Shown here: positions 41,101 through 49,627 of the stretch, piece by piece
How the letters are laid out: every line of letters starts with the position of its first letter
Position numbering within the stretch: the stretch's first letter is position 1
Source of the DNA: Candidatus Woesearchaeota archaeon
GTDB lineage: Archaea; Nanobdellota; Nanobdellia; SCGC-AAA011-G17; JACPNG01
DNA: 64,000 nt
Assembly: GCA_016203135.1 (NCBI GenBank)
Contig: JACQNI010000078.1
Location: 1,157 to 65,156 of the forward strand
Reading direction: 5' to 3'
The notes under the pieces: generated by a model
The model's input: the letters and a program-made list of their open reading frames with translations, nothing else
What the model was told of the DNA's origin: nothing
Database searches by the model: none
Translations under genes and position numbers: made by a program

Positions 41101-42482
41101 ATTAGATTGGGAGATTCTCTCTCAATTAAGTGAACATATTCAATAGTGATATTATGTTCTCCTTCTGTTAAATGACTAGGAAAAGAAACAACTTCATCTG
41201 AATAAAGAGAGTCTATAACCATTTCTTCATCTAATATTATCTTATACCCTCCCAAAATTGTAGCGTTAAAGTAATATGAATTTTCATTCCCAATCATCAA
41301 TATACCCTTCCAGGAGTTATACAATATTTCCTCTTCTTTTTCTACGTCTTGTTCTTCAGGGTCTGTGCTACTAGCCGAGAAAGTTTTGGTTAAGTCGTCA
41401 GTTTCTGATTCTGTTAACAATGGTACTATTTTATTTTTAATTAAATTAAGTTGCGAGTTTTGTTCTTCTGTTAAGTGAATTTCTTCATCATCTTTTATAT
41501 TCTCATTTTGAATATTTTCAGAAGATGTTAAATTGTTTATTTCAAAACTATCAGAGGTTTGTTTCCAATAAGGTTTATCTGTATGAATTCTAACTCTTTG
41601 GTCTATATAGTCTAACCCTTTCTTGTATTTATCATTGTCATTTGTGTAACTATTTGTCCAACTAGCAATAGGGTTATTGTTGTTGTCTAATGCAAAAACT
41701 TTAATGTTCCAATCAAATAAAATATTTGAGTTCCATTCTGTTTGCCTATTAAATTCAGGGTTGTATTTGAAATTACCATTAGAGTCAGATTGAACATAAT
41801 CAGCAAAAACTGGATTTGTAATTCTTCCCAATAATGAAGAGTCATCATAAACAACAAAAAATAAACTTATGTTTGAGTAAGGTTGTGAACTGAAAGTATT
41901 TTGTTGATTTGTAACAACATTAAAGACTTGTCCCTTTATTGCATAATTACAAAAGTTTTGATTAACATTCCAGTTTTCATAATCAAAACAACAACCATCC
42001 CCTAAAGAACCTCCTCCGCCCGCAGAAAAAATAGGAATACCTTCACAATATAATTTATTTTGGCATGAGGAATCTAAGTTACAATCACCTTCATTATGTT
42101 CTAAATTACCACTAGCTTTAAAATCCATATTCCAAGAATTTCTTTGTACATTTCCAATCTTTACTTTTGCATAATATTCTGCGTTGTTAAATCCATCTTC
42201 TCCATTAGCACCACCCCATTTTGCGATTATACGGTTATTCTTCACTCCACCAGAAAAATTAGCGATAAAATCATCATCAAGAAAGTCGTCTTCCCATATC
42301 TCAATTATAACAGAAGTTCCGTCAGAATAACCAGAAGTCTTAGCTAAAACATATCTTTCTTCAAAAGATTTTGTTAAATATTTATCCCAATCAACGCTGT
42401 CAATAGTAGCCGCATTAACAAAACTACTAAGTGAAATTAATAGGATAAAAGTAATCAAGTAACTTTTATAAACCATACCCAA
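38199..42482 (-). CDS. giant secreted / surface-anchored protein (1427 aa) with alpha/beta-hydrolase (lipase-like) domain, Cys-rich modules, poly-Gly/Ser linker and C-terminal TM anchor
   Basis: Signal peptide. LILVHGLNGESGYF and VSHSMGGLVTRSY (lipase GxSxG with upstream HG). GSSGGGGGGGGGGSSSSRSVTPTPQPTP linker. C-terminal hydrophobic helix followed by a KR-rich tail. Confidence 0.7.
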   Translation of the reverse strand: MGMVYKSYLITFILLISLSSFVNAATIDSVDWDKYLTKSFEERYVLAKTSGYSDGTSVIIEIWEDDFLDDDFIANFSGGVKNNRIIAKWGGANGEDGFNNAEYYAKVKIGNVQRNSWNMDFKASGNLEHNEGDCNLDSSCQNKLYCEGIPIFSAGGGGSLGDGCCFDYENWNVNQNFCNYAIKGQVFNVVTNQQNTFSSQPYSNISLFFVVYDDSSLLGRITNPVFADYVQSDSNGNFKYNPEFNRQTEWNSNILFDWNIKVFALDNNNNPIASWTNSYTNDNDKYKKGLDYIDQRVRIHTDKPYWKQTSDSFEINNLTSSENIQNENIKDDEEIHLTEEQNSQLNLIKNKIVPLLTESETDDLTKTFSASSTDPEEQDVEKEEEILYNSWKGILMIGNENSYYFNATILGGYKIILDEEMVIDSLYSDEVVSFPSHLTEGEHNITIEYVHLIERESPNLMWKRGSEESFYLVPSSNLIKESFNYQYYKINSSLEIKPFEKFKEEKELNELLETTNSINTNAFSVASISSSFYQVSFLEAPRKNLNVNNEPLILVHGLNGESGYFDGHFEDKLIAKGYDVWKFYYPNDQKIDYSGTLLSDGISYVNSFYTSSKVKIVSHSMGGLVTRSYIEGIATDPNGKNISYHDDVSKLLMLAPPNYGSYLANRIIYDEGMNLACQVINEVGGWLLFGKPFISWNQDAPAYTDLAIGSDFIWKLNIKNTTSNVDTLIIAGKNQDIPCLPFEADDSDDLVSVSSASRINNNLPLIVINRNHKTIYTQIELWEHGFWDMILDHYTGQAWSSVLRPLIEDYLNTTTNLDNVIGLIDQFMTNQNNFGSYLNHDEVYINSNNANNPFGEGTALIKVNETFNGQVKIVNSSIEYQFTQNPTSKIFYHFNYDDNKEDYGLTIPEGNYSLFVNGQDTNRKVEIKAAETSLYEINLCTPNWVLNNTWSECSSNDQQFKNYFDINSCNDNKNKPLNIIGKCDFCKPNFTCGGYNKCSANDTQSCNLVNDTFSCYNKTGLESDLYLGNFSEFEPLICDFCTPKWIESFTPCQKDEIFKNYFIDNNSCYNKTGLNSDLLGRPQNNTYSCDFDNDGFIGNITEIKNNLDNINLGKIKDKLILKENNKTRIELPNITINIKNLTIKKQENNSSFGSLLIRGLDLNGSNKTVYVDIISNTSKLCLKDQEITNLTEISNSCIKEDELLVLCPGSNFTYSCEIVNNSYKISGLKHSGIKEQESCDESWTCSEWSSCTSGTQTRTCTDSNLCGTTNNKPQESQSCSTGVDTGSPGGSSGGGGGGGGGGSSSSRSVTPTPQPTPTFDFPIPDGEEPQEAVPETLQEEPKEEPVLEAQEQTTQGFFAKVWNGIKAFFTNPGPPTGAAIGVLSGNNGVWSTIISWVVLILTLTFLTRTRIVRKLRFRIKRLFKKKE

Positions 42483-42843
42483 TACCCCTAAAGTTTATTA
42501 TATCAATCCCCAAAAAATGAAGTGGCCATAAAATTAAAGTAATTAAGAAATCAGAAGGTTTTTTAAGATACAAATAAAAATACCAAGATATTCGTGTAGG
42601 CTCATCTATATGGAACTTATCAAATCCATCTACACACCATTGAGCTAGAGGAACAGGATTATCACGATTAGATTCTATACATCGGTTTTCCCAGTAGGAG
42701 TTTCCATTATCTTCTAAACTATCCTCTTCAACTAAGAAGTGATTGTAGTAAGCATTCGCCCTAAATATAGTAAAAAGAAGTCCGATAAAGAGATATAATA
42801 AAAGTGTTAAAACTAGTTTCTTTTTCATTTCATTTTCACTCAT
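42466..42843 (-). CDS. membrane protein (125 aa)
   Basis: N-terminal TM helix. Immediately upstream of the giant protein gene. Confidence 0.35.
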   Translation of the reverse strand: MSENEMKKKLVLTLLLYLFIGLLFTIFRANAYYNHFLVEEDSLEDNGNSYWENRCIESNRDNPVPLAQWCVDGFDKFHIDEPTRISWYFYLYLKKPSDFLITLILWPLHFLGIDIINFRGIGYGL

Positions 42844-42927
42844 TATTACCAGATAAATGCTTTTAGGTTAATATTGCAGTAAGCTAAGATATTTATTAAT
42901 CTTATTATTTTTAAGAATAAAAAAAGC

Positions 42928-43185
42928 CTATTTCTGTAATAATTTGTTTAATATCTTTCTTCCTTGCTTAGTGATACTTACTATAAAATATGGCCTACCA
43001 GTAGCCTTATGGTTTTCTTTTTTAGTTATATTGATAGCCCAAAATTTTTCAAGCTCTGTACAATTAGTTTTTATAGTCCTAAATCCAGTATTGATTTTTC
43101 TTTCTAGTTGAGCAAAGGTTAGGTCCTTTTTGTTTAATTCTTTTAGAATAAGCATCTTGATATCTTTGCTTTGCCTTTTAGTCAT
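42928..43185 (-). CDS. winged-helix transcriptional regulator
   Basis: 85-aa basic protein with HTH-like LTFAQLERKINTGFRTIKTNCTELEK. Confidence 0.45.
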   Translation of the reverse strand: MTKRQSKDIKMLILKELNKKDLTFAQLERKINTGFRTIKTNCTELEKFWAINITKKENHKATGRPYFIVSITKQGRKILNKLLQK

Positions 43186-43236
43186 ACTACAATAAGGCAG
43201 TAAGCTTTATATAGTGCTAACTCATAATATTGCAGT

Positions 43237-44151
43237 ATGAAGGGATGGGTAGACTTGCTAAAAAGCCTAAAATGGTATGAAAAGTTAGTTTATTTTCTTG
43301 GTTTATTATTGGTTATCTTATTAACTCAATATTTCATAAGTGGTTATATACATTCAAGTGTTAACTATGAAGATTTTGATATTAGTGCTACTTGGGAAAA
43401 CAAAATTGATGATACCTTTTATTTTGATTATAGTGAGGGAGTATTTCATTCTTGGTTTGAATTAAAAGTTACTTCTCTTAGAGATGATTTATACTACAGG
43501 GTTTATGATAAATCTATAAATATTGAGCTAACAGAGTATGGTGGTGTCAGAAATTTAGCTAGACTTAATCAGGGTGCTGTTTATGTTGATATTTTTAATG
43601 CTGATGCTAAATTAAAAACAATTGACCAATTAAAAGAAATTGAAGTCTGTGTTTCGTCTAAACAAGATTTTACAAAAAGTACAGAAGGAATAGTATGTAA
43701 ATCTACTTTCTTACAACCAAGAAATATAAATATTGAAGTAAATTCAGATCCATTAACCTTTATTAGCTCTAAATCCTCTTTTGAACAACAATATAAGTGG
43801 CTAACTGTTAAAAATATAGGAGATACAACAATAAATGTTTGTGTGTTCCTTCCATCATATGCATCATATGCTAATGAAAAATTAGATTACCCAAGATATA
43901 AACCACAATACGGAACTCGGTGGGGATTTGGACCTGAAGGAGAAGGAACTCAAAATTGTGAAATATTGGAACCAAGTGAGAGCTCTAAGTACGAAGTAGC
44001 TGTTTTTGTAGGAAATGTGGGTGAGTTTGATACACCATTAGGCACACATACATCTCAAGGAATTGTGGGTGCTGTATTTGGTGAATATCTTGGGTTAGGT
44101 TATGCACATTATAAAAAGTCGTTTACTTTAGAAACAACTGTTATTCAATAA
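43237..44151 (+). CDS. membrane-anchored hypothetical protein (304 aa)
   Basis: N-terminal TM helix, rest beta-rich. Confidence 0.4.
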   Translation: MKGWVDLLKSLKWYEKLVYFLGLLLVILLTQYFISGYIHSSVNYEDFDISATWENKIDDTFYFDYSEGVFHSWFELKVTSLRDDLYYRVYDKSINIELTEYGGVRNLARLNQGAVYVDIFNADAKLKTIDQLKEIEVCVSSKQDFTKSTEGIVCKSTFLQPRNINIEVNSDPLTFISSKSSFEQQYKWLTVKNIGDTTINVCVFLPSYASYANEKLDYPRYKPQYGTRWGFGPEGEGTQNCEILEPSESSKYEVAVFVGNVGEFDTPLGTHTSQGIVGAVFGEYLGLGYAHYKKSFTLETTVIQ

Positions 44152-44210
44152 AAAAATTCATTGTAATTAATAAATTCAAAAATAAAATCTTTCCTCTTTT
44201 TAACAATATA

Positions 44211-44576
44211 TTAATTTGTGATTCTGGGAATGGACATTGTTCTTTTGAACCTCTTTAATTTATCATAATCAATTTCTTCTGCTTTATTTACTTGAAATAC
44301 CTCGGCTTCAGGATATCGCTTCTTAAATTCTGTTAAATCAGACCTATTAGACTCTTGTTGAGGTTTTGAGGAGCCACATTCACATTCCACTGCTATTGGT
44401 TTAAGGTAAGGCCTATCTTTATGTGGAAATCCTACAGTATCAATAAAATGTACATTTCCTTCTCTAAAAATTGGGAATTCCTTAAAACATTGGTGCGTTG
44501 ATTTCAATCTATTATGAACGCCTTGCACGCATTTTTTATGCTCTTTTTGTTGCCCCATTTTCACTAATCCATTCAT
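44211..44576 (-). CDS. hypothetical protein (121 aa)
   Basis: ORF only. Confidence 0.3.
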   Translation of the reverse strand: MNGLVKMGQQKEHKKCVQGVHNRLKSTHQCFKEFPIFREGNVHFIDTVGFPHKDRPYLKPIAVECECGSSKPQQESNRSDLTEFKKRYPEAEVFQVNKAEEIDYDKLKRFKRTMSIPRITN

Positions 44577-44799
44577 TTAAATTGTTAAATTCTTTAAAAC
44601 ATGGTGATTTCTTATTTTTGTCTTTTTTATGAATTACGTAGTAACACTTCTCCTTTTGTGCACCATCTTCAAAACGTAGACGTTCGAGAATTATCCATTT
44701 CTTATCTTTTATTGTGTTAATTTTTCCTTTTCTATTTTTAGTTAAATAATAAGATATTAAAACTACTGTCAAAGATAATATAGCTAAAATAAAATACAT
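44536..44799 (-). CDS. hypothetical membrane protein (87 aa)
   Basis: N-terminal TM helix. Confidence 0.3.
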   Translation of the reverse strand: MYFILAILSLTVVLISYYLTKNRKGKINTIKDKKWIILERLRFEDGAQKEKCYYVIHKKDKNKKSPCFKEFNNLNEWISENGATKRA

Positions 44800-44800
44800 A

Positions 44801-45208
44801 TTACGCCTCTCCTAGGTATCTGTCTGTATTAATTATTTCCCTCTTTACTTCAACAATTTTATCCATATACTTAGGTTTACTGGACTTAATAAGTGGACCT
44901 TCTTCACTATTAAACCCATACCATAGATTATAATATTTTTTAGCTCCTTCAGAAAATTTATAATAGTAAACCCCTTTTTTATACCTTCGAGTAAACCATC
45001 CTTGTCTATACATGCGCCAGAGTTTTAAGCGTGTTGCATTACCACTTATAATGTTATTAAATAATTCGCAAAGATTATTGGAAGTAAACTCACTATTCAA
45101 ATCATAATTTCTCCTAATGAACTGAAGGAATTCTGGAGTCCACTTTATTACTGCCTTGATTGTTAATCCAGAATATCTATCTGTATAATGCTTTATTGCA
45201 TAATCCAT
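44801..45208 (-). CDS. hypothetical protein (135 aa)
   Basis: ORF only. Confidence 0.3.
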   Translation of the reverse strand: MDYAIKHYTDRYSGLTIKAVIKWTPEFLQFIRRNYDLNSEFTSNNLCELFNNIISGNATRLKLWRMYRQGWFTRRYKKGVYYYKFSEGAKKYYNLWYGFNSEEGPLIKSSKPKYMDKIVEVKREIINTDRYLGEA

Positions 45209-45232
45209 TTTATTTAAATAAATAATAATGGA

Positions 45233-46057
45233 TTATAAATTGCGCCTATTTATTTTGGAAACATCAAGCTTTTTTAAGATTTCTTGTAGAAGTTTAGAAT
45301 TCATTGATTGATATTTAAGTATCAGTTCTTCATTATGTTTATGTTTGATCGTTTCATCGTATAATTCCAGGAATCTATCTTCATTTATTAACATATTGAA
45401 GATAGCTTCTAATTTGATCGGGAGCTTTAGTTTATGCTCGGATCTTAGTGACTTAGCTGATTTATTGTGATAGAGTTTAAACTGTTCTGATAGTGAATCT
45501 ATGCTTATACTATTTAAGCCGTCTAATTTAATACCTTCCATATCATTATTAATTTCTATGCTAGTTAAATAAACCCTAGAGGGTACTGGTTCTTCATTGC
45601 AAAAATTATGAATCAATTCACAAAATAGTAAATAGCAGGTATAAATCGAAGTTATATTCAAAGGATATTGTGTAGAAACCCTTAAACTGGCTTTTTTACT
45701 AGTACTACCAATTTCAAATTTTAGGTTAAGTAATGAATTTCCCAAATTTTTTGTTATTCTTTGACCGTTATATTTTGGTAATTTATAAGAAAGGATTGCA
45801 TTGTGAAAATTCCATTTAAAAATAGCACCATGCCTATCATTATCAACTAAGACATAAAGTCCAGCGTACCCCTTATGTTTTACTCCATCCATATCAGGAA
45901 GCATTGACTTTATTGTATTATGGTTGATCCCAGTATAATAACTTATGGCTTTGGGGGTGAGCCCTTCGGGATGATTTTTAAGGGCTTGCATAATTTTATT
46001 AATTTTTTCTTGTTTATTCCTGTTGTTAGTTGTAACTTTGGGTTGCTTATGACTCAT
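45233..46057 (-). CDS. hypothetical protein with N-terminal HTH-like region (274 aa)
   Basis: GLTPKAISYYTGINHNTIKSML HTH-like. Confidence 0.35.
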   Translation of the reverse strand: MSHKQPKVTTNNRNKQEKINKIMQALKNHPEGLTPKAISYYTGINHNTIKSMLPDMDGVKHKGYAGLYVLVDNDRHGAIFKWNFHNAILSYKLPKYNGQRITKNLGNSLLNLKFEIGSTSKKASLRVSTQYPLNITSIYTCYLLFCELIHNFCNEEPVPSRVYLTSIEINNDMEGIKLDGLNSISIDSLSEQFKLYHNKSAKSLRSEHKLKLPIKLEAIFNMLINEDRFLELYDETIKHKHNEELILKYQSMNSKLLQEILKKLDVSKINRRNL

Positions 46058-46385
46058 TTTTAATCCGATAATTTATCTTTATTCCATGCCCATAATGGAT
46101 ATTTATAAAACCTAAATCCTTTAAAAAGAGCAAAACATCCCACACTTGCTTTTTTTGTATTGAAAAAGAGGACGCAAGCTTTGAAATTGCATCAGGAAAG
46201 CTTATTATCCCAGCTTTTGAGGTTTTACATTCTGCTAATCTTTCCAAACATATTAAGTATAGGCCTTTTCTTGGCATTCTTAATCTTAGGAGATAATTAG
46301 GATGAACATTTGCTAAATCCTGTTTTTCAATTTTAGATTTATTTTTAATATTATTAATTTTTTCGATCCATAATTGGTTTGTCAT
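46047..46385 (-). CDS. hypothetical protein (112 aa)
   Basis: ORF only. Confidence 0.3.
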   Translation of the reverse strand: MTNQLWIEKINNIKNKSKIEKQDLANVHPNYLLRLRMPRKGLYLICLERLAECKTSKAGIISFPDAISKLASSFSIQKKQVWDVLLFLKDLGFINIHYGHGIKINYRIKNES

Positions 46386-46444
46386 TTAAATGACAAACCT
46401 TATATACTTATATAGCCTTTTTATTAAAAAAACGATAAGTCGAT

Positions 46445-47293
46445 ATGATGAAAGAATCTATTAAAATAAAAAGAGATAGAAAATTAAATAGGTTTGTTAT
46501 AAAATCCCTAATTAAAAGACCTTTGTCAGCTGATCAGATTCTTGATAAAATTAAACTATCTAAAAAGTTTAAAATTAACACCCTACCTGGATTAGAAAAA
46601 TATCATTTAGCATATCTAGAAAAGAAAAATGTTATACTTAGATTAGATAGAAAAGCTAAAAATTTTATAAATAATTTATCTGTTGAAGACTTTATGGAAA
46701 AAACTTGGTTTAGGTGGGAGAGAAGTATTAAGAAAAATAAATGGGGAAGTAAAAGTAATAATCCTTATCATTCATATTATTTTGCTACTCCTATAACAGC
46801 TAAATGGACAAATATTTTTAATAAAATTATTAGAGAGAGAATTTTAGTTAAACTCAGCGAATTTATTACTGATAGGGATGAGATTGAGTTATGTTTGAAT
46901 GAAATTATTAATACTATGAAAAAAATTGAAACCCTTTCTAGGAAAAAAATAAAAATTTATAAAAGATTACAACAAGAAACCGATGATTTTTTAGGAGTCA
47001 AGGGAATTAATTATTTAGAAAGCAAAATTAAAAAAATCAAAAAATTTCAAAAAAAAGACGGTATGTTTTTACCTTTTGGATTTGCTGATTATATATTATC
47101 TGATTTTGATAGTTTTATGAGACCTATGGATGATATTAAATTTGTTCTCTTTAGCAGACTACTTAATAAATTAGGTACCCTTCACTATTTATTAAATCAA
47201 AGAATTAAAATAATAAGTATTTTAGATTATGAATTTAAAAAAGAAAATTTTGTTGAACCCAATGAATATCTTAAGAATTTAACTTCTTCTTAA
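46445..47293 (+). CDS. hypothetical protein (282 aa)
   Basis: ORF only. Confidence 0.35.
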   Translation: MMKESIKIKRDRKLNRFVIKSLIKRPLSADQILDKIKLSKKFKINTLPGLEKYHLAYLEKKNVILRLDRKAKNFINNLSVEDFMEKTWFRWERSIKKNKWGSKSNNPYHSYYFATPITAKWTNIFNKIIRERILVKLSEFITDRDEIELCLNEIINTMKKIETLSRKKIKIYKRLQQETDDFLGVKGINYLESKIKKIKKFQKKDGMFLPFGFADYILSDFDSFMRPMDDIKFVLFSRLLNKLGTLHYLLNQRIKIISILDYEFKKENFVEPNEYLKNLTSS

Positions 47294-48488
47294 TCAATTC
47301 TAAAATTTCTGGATCTTTAACAAGTTTATCCATAATTTCATCTGCCTGTTGTCTTTCAAAATCTTCCTTTAATATATTATCAGCTTCTTCTTTATCCAAT
47401 ACTAAACCACATAGTTTACAAAATTTATTACTATTTTCATTATTAGTCTTACATCTGATGCAATTTTGTGGTTTTAAAATAATCTTTGTTTTTTTATTCT
47501 CAACTTCCATTCCATTAATTTTTAAAATAGCTTGATCTGTATCTCTGCCAGACATATGGATATAAATACCAGCCATCCTAGAGCCTTGAGTCCAACCAAG
47601 ATATTGTTTCATTACAGCTTCTCCAACACTGTTTGAAGCCATCCAAGTTGCTCTTGAATGCCTTAATAAATGAGGATAGACTCTTTTCTTAATTCCTGCT
47701 TTTTGAGCTGCTCTTTTAAGAATGTGATTGATTTGAGCATAACATAATAATTCTCCACCATTGAAATTATACCATAAGAAAGCCTCTGGATTATCATTGT
47801 CTGGATGTTGGTTTATCCATTCTTGTAGATAAGGAGTACTACTTATAATGAGAATTTTTCTTGAACCAGTTTTTCCATGAATATTTATCCTTGCCCCATA
47901 TTCTTCAAAGGATATATGTTTAATCTTCATTGTGCCTATTTCTGAACATCTAGCTCCAGATTCAGCTAGAACAGATAATAGGGTTTTATCTCTAAGACAA
48001 TCAGCTGATCTAACTATTTTTTCTATTTCTTCCTCAGTCAAAAGCTCTTCTGGCAGTTTTTTATGATTATCTTTTAAGCCAATCTTAATCCATTTGACTT
48101 CTGCGGGTAATTCATCTGAATCTTCTAAGCCCCTTACAATCTTATATAGCCTCTTTACCATAACTTTAAATGTAGTTTTGCTTTGTTCTGTCATCGCTGT
48201 TTGATTTAGACTAGCCATTACTCTTACTATATCTTCTTTTGTAGCATCTTTTATATGCTTTCCTAACATATTAACGAACTTCATAGCGTAGAATACATAG
48301 GAATCTATCTTGCCATAACTAATTCCTCTACATAGGCAATAATCTTTAAATTTATGTATCCATTCTTTATCTTCATCAGAAATATCAGATTCCTTTAATC
48401 TTTCTAATATCCTATCAAATCTCCTTTTGTAATTATGTAAATCCATTTTTACCTTAAATAAGTCGTGATTTTCTAGATAATAAACCAC
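47271..48488 (-). CDS. int: tyrosine recombinase / integrase (XerC/D-like) with C-terminal zinc ribbon
   Basis: Catalytic-region motifs HLLRHSRATW and GIYIHM. N-terminal SAM-like domain. C-terminal CIRCKT...CKLCG. 30 nt from tRNA-Ser. Confidence 0.85.
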   Translation of the reverse strand: MVYYLENHDLFKVKMDLHNYKRRFDRILERLKESDISDEDKEWIHKFKDYCLCRGISYGKIDSYVFYAMKFVNMLGKHIKDATKEDIVRVMASLNQTAMTEQSKTTFKVMVKRLYKIVRGLEDSDELPAEVKWIKIGLKDNHKKLPEELLTEEEIEKIVRSADCLRDKTLLSVLAESGARCSEIGTMKIKHISFEEYGARINIHGKTGSRKILIISSTPYLQEWINQHPDNDNPEAFLWYNFNGGELLCYAQINHILKRAAQKAGIKKRVYPHLLRHSRATWMASNSVGEAVMKQYLGWTQGSRMAGIYIHMSGRDTDQAILKINGMEVENKKTKIILKPQNCIRCKTNNENSNKFCKLCGLVLDKEEADNILKEDFERQQADEIMDKLVKDPEILELIKKKLNS

Positions 48489-48518
48489 GACTAAAGAAGG
48501 CGTTAAACAAAATCAAAG

Positions 48519-48614
48519 CGCCGAGGCAGGGATTTGAACCCTGATATCCTTGCGGAAACCGGTTTTCGAGATTCGCCTTTTATCCAGCGCACTACCGGAT
48601 TATGCGACCTCGGC
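48519..48614 (-). tRNA. tRNA-Ser (probable anticodon CGA), long variable arm, 12-nt intron at non-canonical position 30/31
   Basis: Sense sequence GCCGAGG-TC-GCAT..GTGC-G-CTGG[ATAAAAGGCGAA]T-CTCGAAA-ACCGG-TTTCCGCAAGGATAT-CAGGG-TTCAAAT-CCCTG-CCTCGGC-G. Collinear with the intron-less tRNA-Ser(GCU) at 51888..51971 apart from the 12-nt insert. Confidence 0.65.
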
Positions 48615-48653
48615 AAAGAAAAAGTACTTGTGTTATTTAAAACTCTTTTGAAT

Positions 48654-49190
48654 TTACATTGATTCCCAGGTTTCTATGGTTTTATCCACAAGTGAATCCA
48701 AAAAACTTTCTTTATAGATTATCAATAATTTGATAATTTCTTCTTCATCTATTAATAATTTATAAACATTTTTTCTACCAGTTTTAATATAGGTTATAAT
48801 ATTATTTTCAATCAATTTCTTGATATGCCAAGATACTGTAGAAGGAGAAACTTTAACTGCTTGGACTATTTGTTCATGATTGCAGTTAGGATGTGTTAAA
48901 ATAAATAGAATTATTTCTCTAAGGCTTTTTTGCCTTAATAAACCCAATAATTTTTTATTTTCTGACTTAAACTCTCGTGGAAAGTACCTTATATTGTTTT
49001 TATCCTTTTCTTCTCTTATAAGGCCTTGTTTTGCCAAGAAAGAAAGGTGATATCTTACTAGGCCAGTAGATAAATTGCTTTTTCTTTCAATTTCCCTGAA
49101 ATGACAGCCAGCAAATTTCTTGACAACTTCATAAATTTTTCTTCTAGCTTCTAATTCAAGAATTTTTTTCTCTTTTTCATCAAGAAACAT
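48654..49190 (-). CDS. ArsR-family / tandem winged-helix transcriptional regulator
   Basis: Two HTH-like segments (FREIERKSNLSTGLVRYHLSFL and HEQIVQAVKVSPSTVSWHIKKL). Confidence 0.55.
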   Translation of the reverse strand: MFLDEKEKKILELEARRKIYEVVKKFAGCHFREIERKSNLSTGLVRYHLSFLAKQGLIREEKDKNNIRYFPREFKSENKKLLGLLRQKSLREIILFILTHPNCNHEQIVQAVKVSPSTVSWHIKKLIENNIITYIKTGRKNVYKLLIDEEEIIKLLIIYKESFLDSLVDKTIETWESM

Positions 49191-49201
49191 TATTCAAGAC
49201 C

Positions 49202-49555
49202 TCATTTCTTAATGATTCCAAAGAAGAAACTTAAGAGTATTGCAAAATCCAGAACACTAGAAACTGGATCAACCCAGGGCCAATCACCAAAAAACATTTC
49301 CATAGATACTAGAATTCCTTTTACTGCGAACAAGAGAAAAGCATAGCTAACATAAAGAAGCCTTTTATTTCTATTTCTTTTATAGGCATACAAAGTTATT
49401 ATAAATAATGCTAAAGCTAGTAGACCGCTGCCTAGATTTAAGACTTTTTCAAGCTCAAATCTTCCTATGAATACATCGCCATCATTTTCTGCCAGAGCAA
49501 AAATAGGCAGCTGAATCAGCAATATTGCAATCAAACCAAGTAATTTCTTTTTCAT
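49202..49555 (-). CDS. membrane protein (117 aa)
   Basis: Three hydrophobic helices. Confidence 0.35.
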   Translation of the reverse strand: MKKKLLGLIAILLIQLPIFALAENDGDVFIGRFELEKVLNLGSGLLALALFIITLYAYKRNRNKRLLYVSYAFLLFAVKGILVSMEMFFGDWPWVDPVSSVLDFAILLSFFFGIIKK

Positions 49556-49627
49556 AAATCCTCCATTAACCTATAATTATAGCGTTTAATCTATTTATAA
49601 AGATTATAGAAAAATAAAAAAAGGAAA

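Larger units (their letters stand above)
33151..48518. mobile_element. integrated element of about 15.4 kb at tRNA-Ser(CGA), bounded by a 13-bp direct repeat, with a tyrosine integrase at the tRNA-proximal end
   Basis: Integrase gene 47271..48488 is 30 nt from the tRNA 3' end. Direct repeats at 33138-33150 and 48519-48531. Cargo is mostly unknown genes plus HicAB, a sigma-70-like protein, a Shedu-like nuclease, a giant secreted protein and wHTH regulators. Confidence 0.55.
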
